Positions 16,576 through 26,977 of a DNA stretch of 30,950 nucleotides are shown in pieces. The stretch comes from a virus (Duplodnaviria > Heunggongvirae > Uroviricota > Caudoviricetes): the IMG/VR virus record IMGVR_UViG_2695420421_000007; one strand, written 5' to 3'. Position 1 is the stretch's first letter; each line of letters begins with the position of its first letter. A program made the position numbers and the translations under genes. The notes under the pieces are model-generated. The model was not told where the DNA came from. It worked only from the letters and a program-made list of their open reading frames with translations, and searched no databases.

Positions 16576-17412
16576 ATGGCTAATGAAAAAAAGACATCCC
16601 GCAAAAAGTTTCGCGTGGCTGTCTCCGGATCAACTGTTGATGGCCGTGAAATCAGTCCGGTGCATCTGCGTGAAGCCGCCGAGAACTTCAACCCGGATGT
16701 TTACGCTGCCCGCGTGAACGTTGAGCACTATCTCTCGCCATGCCCGTCAAGCGAATTTTCCGCAATGGGCGATGTCACCGCACTGAGTACGGAAGACATT
16801 ACGGAAGGTCCGCTGGCCGGACGTACTGCGCTGTATGCAGAAATCGAACCGACCGAGCGCATGAAGCAGCTTGTCGCGGACGGCAAGAAAATCTATTCCA
16901 GTATCGAACTGCACCCGCAGTTCTCCGTTAACGGGCGCGCCTATCTGGTCGGGCTGGCGATGACCGACACCCCGGCAAGCCTGGGCACTGAGCGCCTGAA
17001 ATTCACGGCACAGCAACGTCAGGCGGTGATGACGTTCAACAGTATCCAGGGTGAAGCACCGCTTATCTCCGAAGCCATCGAGTCTGAAATCATCGAAATG
17101 GCAGAACAACGCCAGGAAGAAGGCACCCAGTGGTTTAACCGCGTAATGGGGATTATTGGTCGTGGCCGCAAAGCGGATGACGCCAGTTTCTCCCGTATTC
17201 AGGAAGCGGTGGAAAGCGTCGCAACGTCACAGGCCGACATTATCGACCGTTTTAATGCGCTGGAAACACGCCATCAGCAGGACAGCCAGAAAATCACTTT
17301 ACTGACCACGGAGCTGACAGCACTGAAGGAAAAACTGCGCACGCAGGACGGCGATCCGCAGAACCGGTTCACCGCAACGGGCGCAGCCTCCGACCAGCTG
17401 GCTGACTTCTGA
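16576..17412 (+). CDS. O: Capsid scaffolding protein (P2 gpO-like)
   Basis: Start taken at the ATG of MANEKKTSRKKFRVAVSGSTVDGREISPVHL, which parallels the P2 O N-terminus as recalled; ORF track begins at 16543. Confidence 0.82.
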   Translation: MANEKKTSRKKFRVAVSGSTVDGREISPVHLREAAENFNPDVYAARVNVEHYLSPCPSSEFSAMGDVTALSTEDITEGPLAGRTALYAEIEPTERMKQLVADGKKIYSSIELHPQFSVNGRAYLVGLAMTDTPASLGTERLKFTAQQRQAVMTFNSIQGEAPLISEAIESEIIEMAEQRQEEGTQWFNRVMGIIGRGRKADDASFSRIQEAVESVATSQADIIDRFNALETRHQQDSQKITLLTTELTALKEKLRTQDGDPQNRFTATGAASDQLADF

Positions 17413-17435
17413 TAAGACAAAGGAGCAAATTTTTT

Positions 17436-18488
17436 ATGAATCTGGTGATGTCAGATATTACCCGCAACAAGCTGGGTTGCTATATGGCGCAGCAGGCGTC
17501 GCTTAACAATATCCCGGTTTCTGCACTGGTATCGCGATTTACCGTGGAACCTGCGGTGCAGCAACGTTTTGAAAACGCCTCAAAGGATAGCACCGAACTT
17601 ACAAAAAAAATTAACGTGATCGGCGTGACCGACCAGAAAGGCGAAAAAATCCTCCTGGACACCACAGGACCGATTGCACGCACAAATACCAGTTATGACG
17701 GAACAAAACGCCGTAACCCGAATAACGTGGTTGATCTGAAAAACCGCAAATACCAGTGCGAACAGGTGAACTACGACACGTTTATTTCGTATCCGCAGCT
17801 TGATGCCTGGTCGGCACACAGCGATTTTCAGTCCCGCATCAGCGCACAGATTGCCCGACAGGTGGCACTTGACCGCATCATGATCGGTTTCAACGGCACA
17901 TCTCACGCGGATGAGTCCAACTTCAGCACCAACAAGCTGCTTCAGGACGTTAACGTGGGGTGGCTGGAGCACATCAGAACCAATGCCAGCGAGCGCGTAA
18001 TGAATGACGTGACGCTGACTTCCCGCAACATGGACAACACCGTGGCGCACGCGGGTAAATACGCGAACCCTGATGCACTGGTACAGGACGCGCGCTCATC
18101 TCTGCTGGATGAATGGCACAAGGAAGCTGACGACCTCGTGGTGATTATGGGGCGCAACCTGTTTAACTCGCTGCGTCTGCCAGTGCTGAACAGCATCAGC
18201 GGCCAGAATCCCAATGCGGAATTACTTGCCGGGCAGCTCATCCTGTCATCGCGCACCATTGGCGGGCTGGGTGTGTTCCTTGCACCGTTCTTCCCGGATG
18301 CAACGATGCTGATCACCTCATTCAACAACCTGTCGATTTACTGGCAGAAAGGTTCAATGCGTCGTCTGATGAAAGACGAACCGGAATACAACCGCATCGC
18401 CACCTACCAGTCCATCAATGACGCTTATGTCGTTGAAGACTATGGCAAGTGCGCGATGGTCACTGGCCTGAAGTTCGCCGACAGCTAA
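17436..18488 (+). CDS. N: Major capsid protein (P2 gpN-like, 350 aa)
   Basis: Blocks FTVEPAVQQ, KYQCEQVNYDTFISY, MIGFNGT, DLVVIMGR, NLSIYW, YVVEDY parallel P2 N as recalled; AAGGAG Shine-Dalgarno. Confidence 0.9.
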   Translation: MNLVMSDITRNKLGCYMAQQASLNNIPVSALVSRFTVEPAVQQRFENASKDSTELTKKINVIGVTDQKGEKILLDTTGPIARTNTSYDGTKRRNPNNVVDLKNRKYQCEQVNYDTFISYPQLDAWSAHSDFQSRISAQIARQVALDRIMIGFNGTSHADESNFSTNKLLQDVNVGWLEHIRTNASERVMNDVTLTSRNMDNTVAHAGKYANPDALVQDARSSLLDEWHKEADDLVVIMGRNLFNSLRLPVLNSISGQNPNAELLAGQLILSSRTIGGLGVFLAPFFPDATMLITSFNNLSIYWQKGSMRRLMKDEPEYNRIATYQSINDAYVVEDYGKCAMVTGLKFADS

Positions 18489-18533
18489 TCAACTCACGGC
18501 GGGCATCATGCCCGCCTGTAACGGAGAGAAAAA

Positions 18534-19334
18534 ATGATTACTCCTGCACAGCAACACTGGCAGAACGTGATGGCACAGCGCGCAGGCCGGGCGAATGAAG
18601 GTGTGGACCACGCCGCGCGTACCGCGCATGAAGAGGTGCTGTATCGTCTGCGTCTGGCACAGGCCCGGCTTAAGGGCGTACAGGCCAGAAGCGCGAAAGC
18701 CGACATCAAAAAAGCGTTGTTGCCGGACTTTTCCGGCTGGATTGAGGGAACGCTGGAGGCTGACGGCGGGCAACAGGACGAAGTGATTGCCACGCTGATG
18801 GTGTGGGCGATTGACTGCGGCGATCTTCCGCTTGCGCTGCGTATTGGTGCGTATGCGGTCCGTCACAACCTCATCATGCCGGATAACTTTGGCCGTACTG
18901 CTGCCACAGTGCTGACCGAAGAAATCTGCAATCCGGTACTGACGCAGGCCGGGACGGATGCCGACGCGGATTTGTCCGTCTTTATCGAACCACTGGACAC
19001 ACTTTGGGAAATTGTCGCCAACCAGGATATGCCGGACGAAGTGCGCGCCAAATTATGCAAGGCGTGCGCCTTTGCCCGCCGTGGCCTGAGCGATGCGGAC
19101 AGCATGGCCTCATCACTGAAGCTGCTGCGCGAAGCGATGCATCTGAACCAGAACGCAGGTGTGAAACGCGAGATTGCAACCCTTTCCCGCGCCCTGAAAA
19201 AAGCCGATTCCGCAGCCGCACCAGAAGACGCCAGCGCACAGCAGGCGCAGGACGAAAGCAGCGAAAGTAAAAAGACAACGCGGAAGCCTGCAACACGAAA
19301 AACCACCGCGACGCAGAAGGCGAAGCGCGGTTAA
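18534..19334 (+). CDS. M: Terminase small subunit / endonuclease (P2 gpM-like, 266 aa)
   Basis: Block ADMPDEVRAKL and QNAGVKREI with a basic C-terminal tail parallel P2 M as recalled. Confidence 0.88.
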   Translation: MITPAQQHWQNVMAQRAGRANEGVDHAARTAHEEVLYRLRLAQARLKGVQARSAKADIKKALLPDFSGWIEGTLEADGGQQDEVIATLMVWAIDCGDLPLALRIGAYAVRHNLIMPDNFGRTAATVLTEEICNPVLTQAGTDADADLSVFIEPLDTLWEIVANQDMPDEVRAKLCKACAFARRGLSDADSMASSLKLLREAMHLNQNAGVKREIATLSRALKKADSAAAPEDASAQQAQDESSESKKTTRKPATRKTTATQKAKRG

Positions 19335-19435
19335 CGACTGACCCCGTCAGCGGGCGGCGTGCGCGGTGTTCCGGTTTGGCTCCGTGACCGTTTACACCGC
19401 GCACCCACCGCCCGATTTTTTCAGGAGTGAACCCC

Positions 19436-19930
19436 ATGAGTATGGTTGCCAGAACTGAACCCGGACCCGCAGAGGACGACATCACCGACACCGAAGATGG
19501 CGATACCCGTATTTCAGCGGGTGCATTCTGGCCGGATATTGTGCTGCGCGAGCTGCGTCTGGCGGTACGACTGCCGGGCCGCGTGACCACCTCCCGCCTG
19601 CTGCATACCGCCACCGGGGCCGTGGCACACGTTACCCGCGAGCTGGAAGCATGGCAGCAGGAACAGCAGGCGGCTGGCCATCAGACGCTGGCCGATGTTC
19701 CGGCACCTGTAATTAACGGAGAAAGCGTCAATCTCTGGCACTGGCGCAATGCTGTTTATACCGCCACACGCGCCCTGATTCTGGAGCGTTACCGCGATGC
19801 GGACACAACGGACAAGGGCGACCGCCGGGCGGACGCACTGGATATACAGACATCGGATTTGTGGCGCGATGTGAGCTGGGCCATCTCTGACATTCTGTGC
19901 CGCCCGCGAATCTTTGCGGAGTTGTGCTGA
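19436..19930 (+). CDS. L: Capsid completion protein (P2 gpL-like)
   Basis: Synteny and size match P2 L; start taken at ATG 19436 after AGGAG (ORF track starts at a GTG at 19427). Confidence 0.8.
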   Translation: MSMVARTEPGPAEDDITDTEDGDTRISAGAFWPDIVLRELRLAVRLPGRVTTSRLLHTATGAVAHVTRELEAWQQEQQAAGHQTLADVPAPVINGESVNLWHWRNAVYTATRALILERYRDADTTDKGDRRADALDIQTSDLWRDVSWAISDILCRPRIFAELC

Positions 19931-20127
19931 TGAAAGTGAAGACACTGGAAGGCGACACCGTGGATTCGCTCTGTTTCCGGTACTACGGCACGACGCAGGG
20001 CGTCACCGAAAAGGTGCTGGATGCCAACCCCGGACTCTGCCGACAGGTATTTCTGGAAGCCGGACAGGAGGTGGAAATGCCGGAGCCGGAGAAGAAAAAA
20101 CAACGAGAGATGATACAGCTATGGTAA
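19930..20127 (+). CDS. X: Tail protein X (P2 gpX-like, 65 aa)
   Basis: Internal start MKVKTLEGDTVDSLCFRYYG...VLDANPGL parallels P2 X as recalled; ATG overlaps the L stop. Confidence 0.8.
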   Translation: MKVKTLEGDTVDSLCFRYYGTTQGVTEKVLDANPGLCRQVFLEAGQEVEMPEPEKKKQREMIQLW

Positions 20128-20423
20128 CAGGTTTTTTTCAGCGGGTGAGTGACTGGATCACCTTCTGGGCATCAGTCACAGCCACCACAATAGGCGTGAT
20201 GACCATCAGTGAAAAAATCGCCCTTGCCGGGTTGTTACTCGGTTCTCTGTCTGCATTACATGCCTGGCGACATCGCCGCCTGATGGAAACCGCCATGCAG
20301 CGTCGCAATGAACTCATCGCCAGTATCCTGGCGCAGTCAGACGCACGGCCACTTCACGACAGTGAGCGTCAGGCTCTGAACATTCTGCGGGATAACGATA
20401 CACATGATAAAGCTGCCCGTTAA
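20121..20423 (+). CDS. Y: Putative holin (gpY-position, 100 aa)
   Basis: Internal ATG overlapping the X stop; two hydrophobic segments in the N-terminal half, charged C-terminus; lies directly upstream of the endolysin. Confidence 0.65.
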   Translation: MVTGFFQRVSDWITFWASVTATTIGVMTISEKIALAGLLLGSLSALHAWRHRRLMETAMQRRNELIASILAQSDARPLHDSERQALNILRDNDTHDKAAR

Positions 20424-20952
20424 ACGTTACGCCGTAGCCGCCATTGTGGCGCTGGGGTTCTCCATTGCCCCTCACAAACTCCGGACCAGCCCGGAAGCGC
20501 AAATCCGCATTGCCACATGGGAGGACTGTCGCGCAACGCCTTACCGGGATATTGCCGGGGTAATGACCGTGGGGTGCGGCTCGACCGGGCATGTGGAAAA
20601 TCGTCTGTACACCGAAACGGAAGTCGCCGGGCGCTGGGTTAATGATATGCAACATGCAGAAAACTGCATAAATCAGAACTTCAGCGGCAACGCCATGCCA
20701 CAGTCCGCGTTTGAGGCAATGACAGATGCCGCCTTTAATCTTGGATGCAGAAATCTTATGTGGTTCAGGGATAAGAACCGTAACTACCACCGCACCACTA
20801 TCTGGAAACATGCACAGGCGCACAACTGGCCTGACATGTGCAACAGACTGACTGACTTCGTGAACAGCGGCGGCGAACGCTCACAGGGACTGGTTAACCG
20901 TCGTACTGATTTTCGTGCATGGTGCTTACGTGACACCGGAGGCCAGTCATGA
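20404..20952 (+). CDS. SAR-type endolysin, T4-lysozyme-like glycoside hydrolase (182 aa)
   Basis: N-terminal weakly hydrophobic signal-anchor-release segment (AVAAIVALGFSIA) followed by a W-E-D-C...T catalytic region resembling phage 21 R21-type lysozymes as recalled; not similar to P2 K. Confidence 0.75.
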   Translation: MIKLPVKRYAVAAIVALGFSIAPHKLRTSPEAQIRIATWEDCRATPYRDIAGVMTVGCGSTGHVENRLYTETEVAGRWVNDMQHAENCINQNFSGNAMPQSAFEAMTDAAFNLGCRNLMWFRDKNRNYHRTTIWKHAQAHNWPDMCNRLTDFVNSGGERSQGLVNRRTDFRAWCLRDTGGQS

Positions 20953-21422
20953 AAGTGCGTTACATCCTGATGATGGCACTGACCGTCCTCACGCTGCTGA
21001 CCATAACACTCTGGCAGACATTCAGACTGGGGCAGGAAGACGGACACAACCGTTATACACAGGCGCAACTGGACGATTACAGCCGGACCCTGAAAGAGGC
21101 CGGCACCATCATCAGCACCGCATCCGGTGTACTGCGTGACGTCATGACAGCGCGCCAGAACCGACAACAGGAAGGGGAAATCCGACGTGAACAGCTACGC
21201 AACGATATCACGACAGATGCATGTGCCCGCGCTGTTCCTGACGCTCGCTTTACTGAGCGGTTGCACCAGCACGCAGAACGCGTCCGCGCCGCCGCCGTCG
21301 TTCCGTTTCATCCCGGAAGGGCTGACCGCCCCCGTACTTCCCCCGCCGTTTCCGGTGACGCCATCATGGGGAAACATCGGGATATGGAGCGACAGCCTCA
21401 TGGACGCACTGGAAACCTGTAA
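20949..21422 (+). CDS. Inner-membrane spanin (LysB/Rz-like, 157 aa)
   Basis: N-terminal transmembrane segment then coiled-coil-like region; next to the endolysin, with an embedded lipoprotein gene in another frame. Confidence 0.65.
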   Translation: MKVRYILMMALTVLTLLTITLWQTFRLGQEDGHNRYTQAQLDDYSRTLKEAGTIISTASGVLRDVMTARQNRQQEGEIRREQLRNDITTDACARAVPDARFTERLHQHAERVRAAAVVPFHPGRADRPRTSPAVSGDAIMGKHRDMERQPHGRTGNL

Positions 21423-21507
21423 CGCCGATAAGCGGGCCATTGAATTACTGGAACAGCGCAGGCTGCAACGACTGAACAACGAGGACAACAACCATGCTGA
21501 AAACTGA
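21217..21507 (+). CDS. Outer-membrane lipoprotein spanin (LysC/Rz1-like)
   Basis: Internal Met gives signal peptide plus lipobox (ALLSGC), Pro-rich mature region; starts inside the LysB-like gene in a different frame and extends beyond it, as in P2 lysC. Confidence 0.6.
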   Translation: MHVPALFLTLALLSGCTSTQNASAPPPSFRFIPEGLTAPVLPPPFPVTPSWGNIGIWSDSLMDALETCNADKRAIELLEQRRLQRLNNEDNNHAEN

Positions 21508-21961
21508 TTCCCTGCGTGAAGCCATGACCCGTTCATGCCGGTGGTGTCATGCCAACCCGGAAAAATTCACCATTTTCGTGGAGAGCGGCAACATTGAAAC
21601 GACCGGAGAAACCCCATCGTTTGTTTACCGCTATCAGATAGTGATGTTTGTCATGGATTACGCCGGAGAGCTGGACGACCTCACGCTGCCGCTGCTGGCG
21701 TGGTTATCCGAAAATCAGCCACAGTTGTTGCTCAATCCGGAGCGTAATCAGGACATCAAATTTTCCGCCGTTATCAATGACGATGACAGCGCCGATCTCC
21801 TGTTTACGCTCCCCCTGCGGGAACGCGTTCGCATCACGCGCAGCAGTCAGGGCACACCGCAGGCAGAACACCTGCCGGAGCCAAAACCCCGCCTGCCCTC
21901 TTCCGAAGGCGACTGGTCGCATGTATTCCAGGATGTGACGTGGGGGGAAAGCGATGGATAA
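21494..21961 (+). CDS. R: Tail completion protein (P2 gpR-like, 155 aa)
   Basis: MLKTDSLR...VPLLAWLSENQP parallels P2 R as recalled; same length. Confidence 0.82.
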   Translation: MLKTDSLREAMTRSCRWCHANPEKFTIFVESGNIETTGETPSFVYRYQIVMFVMDYAGELDDLTLPLLAWLSENQPQLLLNPERNQDIKFSAVINDDDSADLLFTLPLRERVRITRSSQGTPQAEHLPEPKPRLPSSEGDWSHVFQDVTWGESDG

Positions 21962-22589
21962 GGCATTCACCCGCGTGGATGAAACCTTTGAGGCTATCCG
22001 CGACAGCCTGAATCAGCAGGCCATTAATAACATCGCCAGAAAGCTGGCACAGGATTTACGCCGCGCCCAGCAGGCGCGTATCCGGTCACAGAAAGCGCCG
22101 GACGGGACCGCATGGACACCACGCAGACGCCGCGTAACCCGGATACAGGAGCGCATTCGCTTTATCTGGAATAACGAAGCACGCACGCTGAAAAACTGGC
22201 ATCACGACACGGGGAAATACGGGCGAACCATCACCGGGTGGGATGAGGATAAAAACAATATCCGCACGTTTTACCGGGATGACATCGACCGTTTTCTGGA
22301 AATACGCACCCGGCGCATCAACCAGGACAGCACCAGGCGCGTCTCCATGTTCGTAAAACTGCGCACCGCCCGCTACCTGAAAGCCCGTGCAGATGCTTCC
22401 GGTGTGACGGTGGGTTACAGCGGCGTGGCCGCACGTATTGCACGCGTTCATCAGTTCGGTGAGCGCGATCAGGTTGCGCCGGGCATTTTCACCGATTACC
22501 CGGTACGTGAGCTGCTGGGTATCAGCCAGGCAGATGAGCGCCTGATTTATAACACGGTGCTGGGCCGGATTGCGGAGGCTGTACGATGA
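21954..22589 (+). CDS. S: Tail completion / virion morphogenesis protein (gpS-position, 211 aa)
   Basis: Synteny between R and V; overlapping starts and stops on both sides. Confidence 0.7.
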   Translation: MDKAFTRVDETFEAIRDSLNQQAINNIARKLAQDLRRAQQARIRSQKAPDGTAWTPRRRRVTRIQERIRFIWNNEARTLKNWHHDTGKYGRTITGWDEDKNNIRTFYRDDIDRFLEIRTRRINQDSTRRVSMFVKLRTARYLKARADASGVTVGYSGVAARIARVHQFGERDQVAPGIFTDYPVRELLGISQADERLIYNTVLGRIAEAVR

Positions 22590-23167
22590 GCGCAGAACTC
22601 ATGCGACTGCTGAGCAATATCATCCGCACCGGGATCATCTCTGAAGTTGATGAGGAATCCTGGTGCGTGCGCGTTCGCAGCGGCGAACTGGAAACAGGCT
22701 GGCTGCGCTGGAACACCACGCGCGCGGGAGACTTCAACGTGTGGTTTCCGCCATCACCAGGCGAACAGGTGGCAATTGCCTGCATCGGCGGCAACCCGGA
22801 AACCGCCATGATAATCGGCAGCCTGTGGAGTGATGCCATTCCGGCACCCGGCAAAAGCCTGAAAGAAATCGTGGTCAGCGCGCCGGACGGCGCGGTGTTC
22901 CGCTACGACGCGGACGCAGGCGCACTGAGCGCAAGCGGCATGAAAACGGCCACTTTGCAGGCATCCATCAGCGTGACACTGAACACGCCTGTCGTGGAAT
23001 GCACAGACCTTCTGAGAACAGCGACGCTTGACGTCACAAAAGGGGGAACGATGAGCGGCAATATCACGCACAGCGGCGGCGATTTCACCTCAAACGGCAT
23101 CACAGTGCATACGCATAAGCACGGTGGCGTTAAAGGTGGCAGCGATTCGACAGGAGGCCCGCAGTGA
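22586..23167 (+). CDS. V: Baseplate spike/assembly protein V
   Basis: Synteny and gpV-like size; Gly-rich C-terminus. Confidence 0.8.
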   Translation: MSAELMRLLSNIIRTGIISEVDEESWCVRVRSGELETGWLRWNTTRAGDFNVWFPPSPGEQVAIACIGGNPETAMIIGSLWSDAIPAPGKSLKEIVVSAPDGAVFRYDADAGALSASGMKTATLQASISVTLNTPVVECTDLLRTATLDVTKGGTMSGNITHSGGDFTSNGITVHTHKHGGVKGGSDSTGGPQ

Positions 23168-23514
23168 CAACCCGCTACACAGGAATGAACCCGGACGGGA
23201 CGGGAAACCTGAACGATATGGCGCACCTGAAACAGTCAGTCAGGGACATCCTGACCACCCCGCTGGCAAGCCGGGTTATGCGACGGGAATATGGCAGCCT
23301 TGTGCCTGATTTGATTGACGAACCCATGAATAACACCACGCGTCTGCAATGCATGAGTGCTACCGTGATTGCACTGACACGATGGGAACCACGCATTGCC
23401 CTGAACGCCATCGACGTTGTCTGGAAGGCAGGAGGCCACGCCGGGGTGACGCTGTCGGGCACTGTCATGCAGACCATGCAGAATGTTGAATTAACCATCA
23501 CGCTGAGGGAGTAA
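23164..23514 (+). CDS. W: Baseplate wedge protein W (gp25-like, 116 aa)
   Basis: Size and position match P2 W; start overlaps the V stop. Confidence 0.82.
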   Translation: MTTRYTGMNPDGTGNLNDMAHLKQSVRDILTTPLASRVMRREYGSLVPDLIDEPMNNTTRLQCMSATVIALTRWEPRIALNAIDVVWKAGGHAGVTLSGTVMQTMQNVELTITLRE

Positions 23515-23517
23515 ATC

Positions 23518-24414
23518 ATGCCTGCCGTTGACCTTTCCCAGTTACCGGAACCCGCCATCATCGCGGAGCCTGACTTTGAGGCAATTCTGGCTGACACAAA
23601 GGCCATGATGATTGCAGCTTATCCCGCCGAACAGCGTGAAGTCGTCTCCGCCGCACTGGAACTGGAATCGGAACCCCTGAACGTTATCGCTCAAACCATG
23701 TCGTTTCGTGAAATGCTGTTACGCCAGCGGGTCAATGAGGCCGCACGCGCCTGCATGTTGAGCCACAGCGCCGGAACAGACCTGGACAACCTCGCGGGCA
23801 ATATGAACACAAAGCGCCTGGTTATCACTCCGGCAACGGATACCACCGACGTGGTGATGGAGAACGACACCTCGCTGAGACTGCGGGCGCAGCGGGCGTA
23901 TGACGGCCTGAGTGTTGCAGGCCCGTCAGGCGCATACGAGTATTTTGCCCGCAGCGCCAGCGGTCTGGTGCGCGATGCGCGGGCCATCAGTCCGTCTCCG
24001 GCAAATGTGACGGTTTCCATCCTGTCCACTGAGGGCGACGGCACAGCAACGGAGGCGTTGCTTAATACCGTTCGCGCCGTTCTGAATGCAGAGGATACCC
24101 GCCCGGTGGCCGACCGCCTGACCGTACAGAGTGCCAGAATCGTGACATGGCGGCTGAATGCAAAACTGTACTTTTACCCCGGTCCGGAATCCGAACCTAT
24201 TCTGGCTGCGGCTGAATCGTCGTTCAGGAAGTGGCTGGCTGAGCAGGGGCTTATCGGTCAGGACGTGGCGTTGTCCGCCATTGCTGCCGCACTGCATGTG
24301 CACGGTGTGCAACGCGTGGAGATAATCGAACCCACACAGAATATGGCCATCAGCGACATACAGGCGGCGCGCTGTGAGTCATTCACCATCAGCGAAGGTG
24401 GGCGTAATGAGTAA
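23518..24414 (+). CDS. J: Baseplate assembly protein J (298 aa)
   Basis: MPAVDLSQLPEP..., RQRVNEAARA, RPVADRLTVQSA, YFYPGPESEPI, LHVHGVQRVE parallel P2 J as recalled. Confidence 0.88.
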   Translation: MPAVDLSQLPEPAIIAEPDFEAILADTKAMMIAAYPAEQREVVSAALELESEPLNVIAQTMSFREMLLRQRVNEAARACMLSHSAGTDLDNLAGNMNTKRLVITPATDTTDVVMENDTSLRLRAQRAYDGLSVAGPSGAYEYFARSASGLVRDARAISPSPANVTVSILSTEGDGTATEALLNTVRAVLNAEDTRPVADRLTVQSARIVTWRLNAKLYFYPGPESEPILAAAESSFRKWLAEQGLIGQDVALSAIAAALHVHGVQRVEIIEPTQNMAISDIQAARCESFTISEGGRNE

Positions 24415-24937
24415 TTCACTGTTACCACCATCAGCCAGCAATTTCATGCGTTGTGCCGAAGCCGTCGGAACACGCATTACAGACATTCCGGCAGACCTCA
24501 ACACGCTGTGGTCGCCGGACACCTGCCCGGTGCATCTGCTGCCTTATCTCGCCTGGGCGTTTTCCGTTGACCGCTGGGATCGCAACTGGCCGGAAGAGAC
24601 AAAGCGACAGGTGATTCGTGATGCATGGCTGATACACCGACACAAAGGAACCATCAGCGCCCTGCGACGGGCCATTGAGCCGCTGGGATACCTCATTCGC
24701 GTGTCTGAGTGGTGGGAGTTCAACGGCGAACCCGGAACATTCAAGATTGATGTTGGCACGCTGGACAGTGGCGTGACGGAGGAAATGTATCTGGAAATGG
24801 AGCGGTTGATTGCTGATGCCCGCCCGGTCAGCCGCCACATGACAGGGCTGAATATCATTCAGGAGATTCAGGGAGATATTTTCGCGGCAGCAGCAACTTA
24901 CGACGGTGAAGTCATTACCATTTATCCGGACGATTAA
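24407..24937 (+). CDS. I: Baseplate protein I (176 aa)
   Basis: From the internal Met MSNSLLPP...: WSPDTCPVHLLPYLAWAFSVDRWD, MYLEMERLIADARP parallel P2 I as recalled; overlaps the J stop. Confidence 0.88.
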   Translation: MSNSLLPPSASNFMRCAEAVGTRITDIPADLNTLWSPDTCPVHLLPYLAWAFSVDRWDRNWPEETKRQVIRDAWLIHRHKGTISALRRAIEPLGYLIRVSEWWEFNGEPGTFKIDVGTLDSGVTEEMYLEMERLIADARPVSRHMTGLNIIQEIQGDIFAAAATYDGEVITIYPDD

Positions 24938-24939
24938 GC

Positions 24940-26976
24940 ATGAGTACCACAACACGAAAATTTAAAACCATTATCACCGATACGGGTGCAAAAAAATTAG
25001 CGCAGGCAACCGCGCCAGATGGGAAACCTGTCCGCCTGACACATATGGCCGTGGGTGACGGCGGCGGTACTTTACCCACGCCAGACAGTAAGCAGACCCG
25101 TCTTGTGCATGAGGTGTGGCGACATACCGTTAATCGCGTCACCCTGGACGCAACACATCAGAACCACATTATTGCGGAGCTGGTTATTCCTCCTGAAACG
25201 GGCGGATTCTGGATCCGGGAAATTGGTGTGTTTGATGAGCACGGCGATTTGATCGCGGTAGGCAATACTGCCGAAAGTTACAAGCCAACCGTTGCCGAAG
25301 GATCCGGACGTGCACAAACATTTCGCACCATTCTGACCGTATCCAGCACTGCCACTGTGGCGCTTACCGTGGATAACACCATGGTGATGGCCACAGTGAA
25401 TTACGTGGATGACAAACTGAAAGAGCATGAACAGTCACGACGTCACCCGGACGCCTCGCTGACCGCAAAAGGCCTTGTCCAGCTCAGCAACGCCACCAAC
25501 AGCACGTCTGAAACGCTGGCAGCGACACCAAAAGCCGTTAAGGCAGTAATGGATGAAACGAACAAGAAAGCCCCATTAAACAGCCCGGCACTGACCGGAA
25601 CGCCAACAACACCAACTGCGCGACAGGGAACGAATAATACCCAAATCGCAAGCACGGCTTTCGTTATGGCTGCGATTGCCGCACTTGTAGACTCTTCGCC
25701 TGATGCACTGAACACACTGAACGAGCTGGCGGCGGCGCTGGGCAACGACCCGAATTTTGCGACCACCATGACTAACGCGCTTGCGGGTAAGCAACCGAAA
25801 GATGCCACTCTGACGGCGCTGGCGGGGCTTGCTACTGCGGCAGACAGGTTTCCGTATTTTACGGGGAATGATGTCGCCAGCCTGGCAACCCTGACAAAAG
25901 TCGGGCGGGATATTCTTGCGAAATCGACCGTTGCCGCCGTTATCGAATACCTCGGTTTACAGGAAACGGTAAACAAGGCTGGTAACGCCGTGCAAAAAAA
26001 TGGCGATACGTTGTCCGGTGGACTTACTTTTGAAAACGACTCAATCCTTGCCTGGATTCGAAATACTGACTGGGCAAAGATTGGGTTTAAAAATAATTCG
26101 GATGCAGACACCGATTCCTACATGTGGTTTGAAACAGGCAACAACGGCAATGAATATTTCAAATGGAGACACCGCATCATTGGCACCCGGCCTAAAGACC
26201 TGATGAATCTTAAATGGAATGCTTTGTCTGTTCTTGTTGAAGCCCTTTTCAGCAGTGAAGTGAAAATATCGACAGTCAATGCACTGAGGATATTTAATTC
26301 ATCTTTTGGTGCCATTTTTCGTCGTTCTGAAGAATGCCTGCATATCATCCCTACACGAGAGAATGAAGGGGAAAATGGTAATATAGGGCCACTACGCCCC
26401 TTTACGCTTAATCTCAGAACTGGCCGGATAAGCATGGGGCATGGTCTTGATGTTACAGGGGATATATTTGCAAACCGTTTTGCAATTAACAGTAGTACCG
26501 GCATGTGGATTCATATGCGTGACCAGAATGTTATTTTGGGACGTAATGCGGTATCCACTGATGGTGCTCAGGCTTTGCTCCGTCAGGACCATGCCGACCG
26601 CAAATTTATGATTGGCGGTCTGGGAAATAAGCAATTTGGCATCTACATGATTAATAACTCAAGGACAGCCAATGGCACCGATGGTCAGGCGTACATGGAT
26701 AATAACGGGAACTGGCTTTGCGGCTCGCAAGTTATTCCCGGCAACTATGGCAATTTTGATTCCAGATATGTGAAAGATGTTCGACTTGGTTCACAGCAAT
26801 ATTATGGAGTGAACAACTGGCAAACATGGAATTTTCAGTGCCCGTCAGGCTATGTACTGACGGGGATTAACGTACAGGATACCGGAAAAAACTCTGCCGA
26901 TAATATTGCAGGCGTTCATTACAGGCCAGTGCAAAAGTATATAAATGGCACTTGGTATAATGTGGCGAGTATTTAA
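24940..26976 (+). CDS. H: Tail fibre protein H (678 aa)
   Basis: N-terminal and central portions of P2 H type; the central block ([23 protein letters not shown]...) is shared with lambda-type Stf; divergent C-terminal receptor-binding region. Confidence 0.88.
   Translation: MSTTTRKFKTIITDTGAKKLAQATAPDGKPVRLTHMAVGDGGGTLPTPDSKQTRLVHEVWRHTVNRVTLDATHQNHIIAELVIPPETGGFWIREIGVFDEHGDLIAVGNTAESYKPTVAEGSGRAQTFRTILTVSSTATVALTVDNTMVMATVNYVDDKLKEHEQSRRHPDASLTAKGLVQLSNATNSTSETLAATPKAVKAVMDETNKKAPLNSPALTGTPTTPTARQGTNNTQIASTAFVMAAIAALVDSSPDALNTLNELAAALGNDPNFATTMTNALAGKQPKDATLTALAGLATAADRFPYFTGNDVASLATLTKVGRDILAKSTVAAVIEYLGLQETVNKAGNAVQKNGDTLSGGLTFENDSILAWIRNTDWAKIGFKNNSDADTDSYMWFETGNNGNEYFKWRHRIIGTRPKDLMNLKWNALSVLVEALFSSEVKISTVNALRIFNSSFGAIFRRSEECLHIIPTRENEGENGNIGPLRPFTLNLRTGRISMGHGLDVTGDIFANRFAINSSTGMWIHMRDQNVILGRNAVSTDGAQALLRQDHADRKFMIGGLGNKQFGIYMINNSRTANGTDGQAYMDNNGNWLCGSQVIPGNYGNFDSRYVKDVRLGSQQYYGVNNWQTWNFQCPSGYVLTGINVQDTGKNSADNIAGVHYRPVQKYINGTWYNVASI
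25470..25960. repeat. Direct repeat copy 1 (inside H) of a roughly 490-bp tail-fibre segment
   Basis: Matches 30460..30950 at a constant offset of 4990 bp; about 95 percent identical by eye over the last 380 bp. Confidence 0.8.
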
Positions 26977-26977
26977 T

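Noticed and set aside
17580-18328. Minus-strand ORFs of 156 and 128 aa
   Set aside because: Antisense to the major capsid gene N.
25443-26111. 222-aa minus-strand ORF, and its twin at 30349..30837
   Set aside because: Both are antisense frames of the shared tail-fibre repeat inside H and stf; their near-identity just reflects the DNA repeat.
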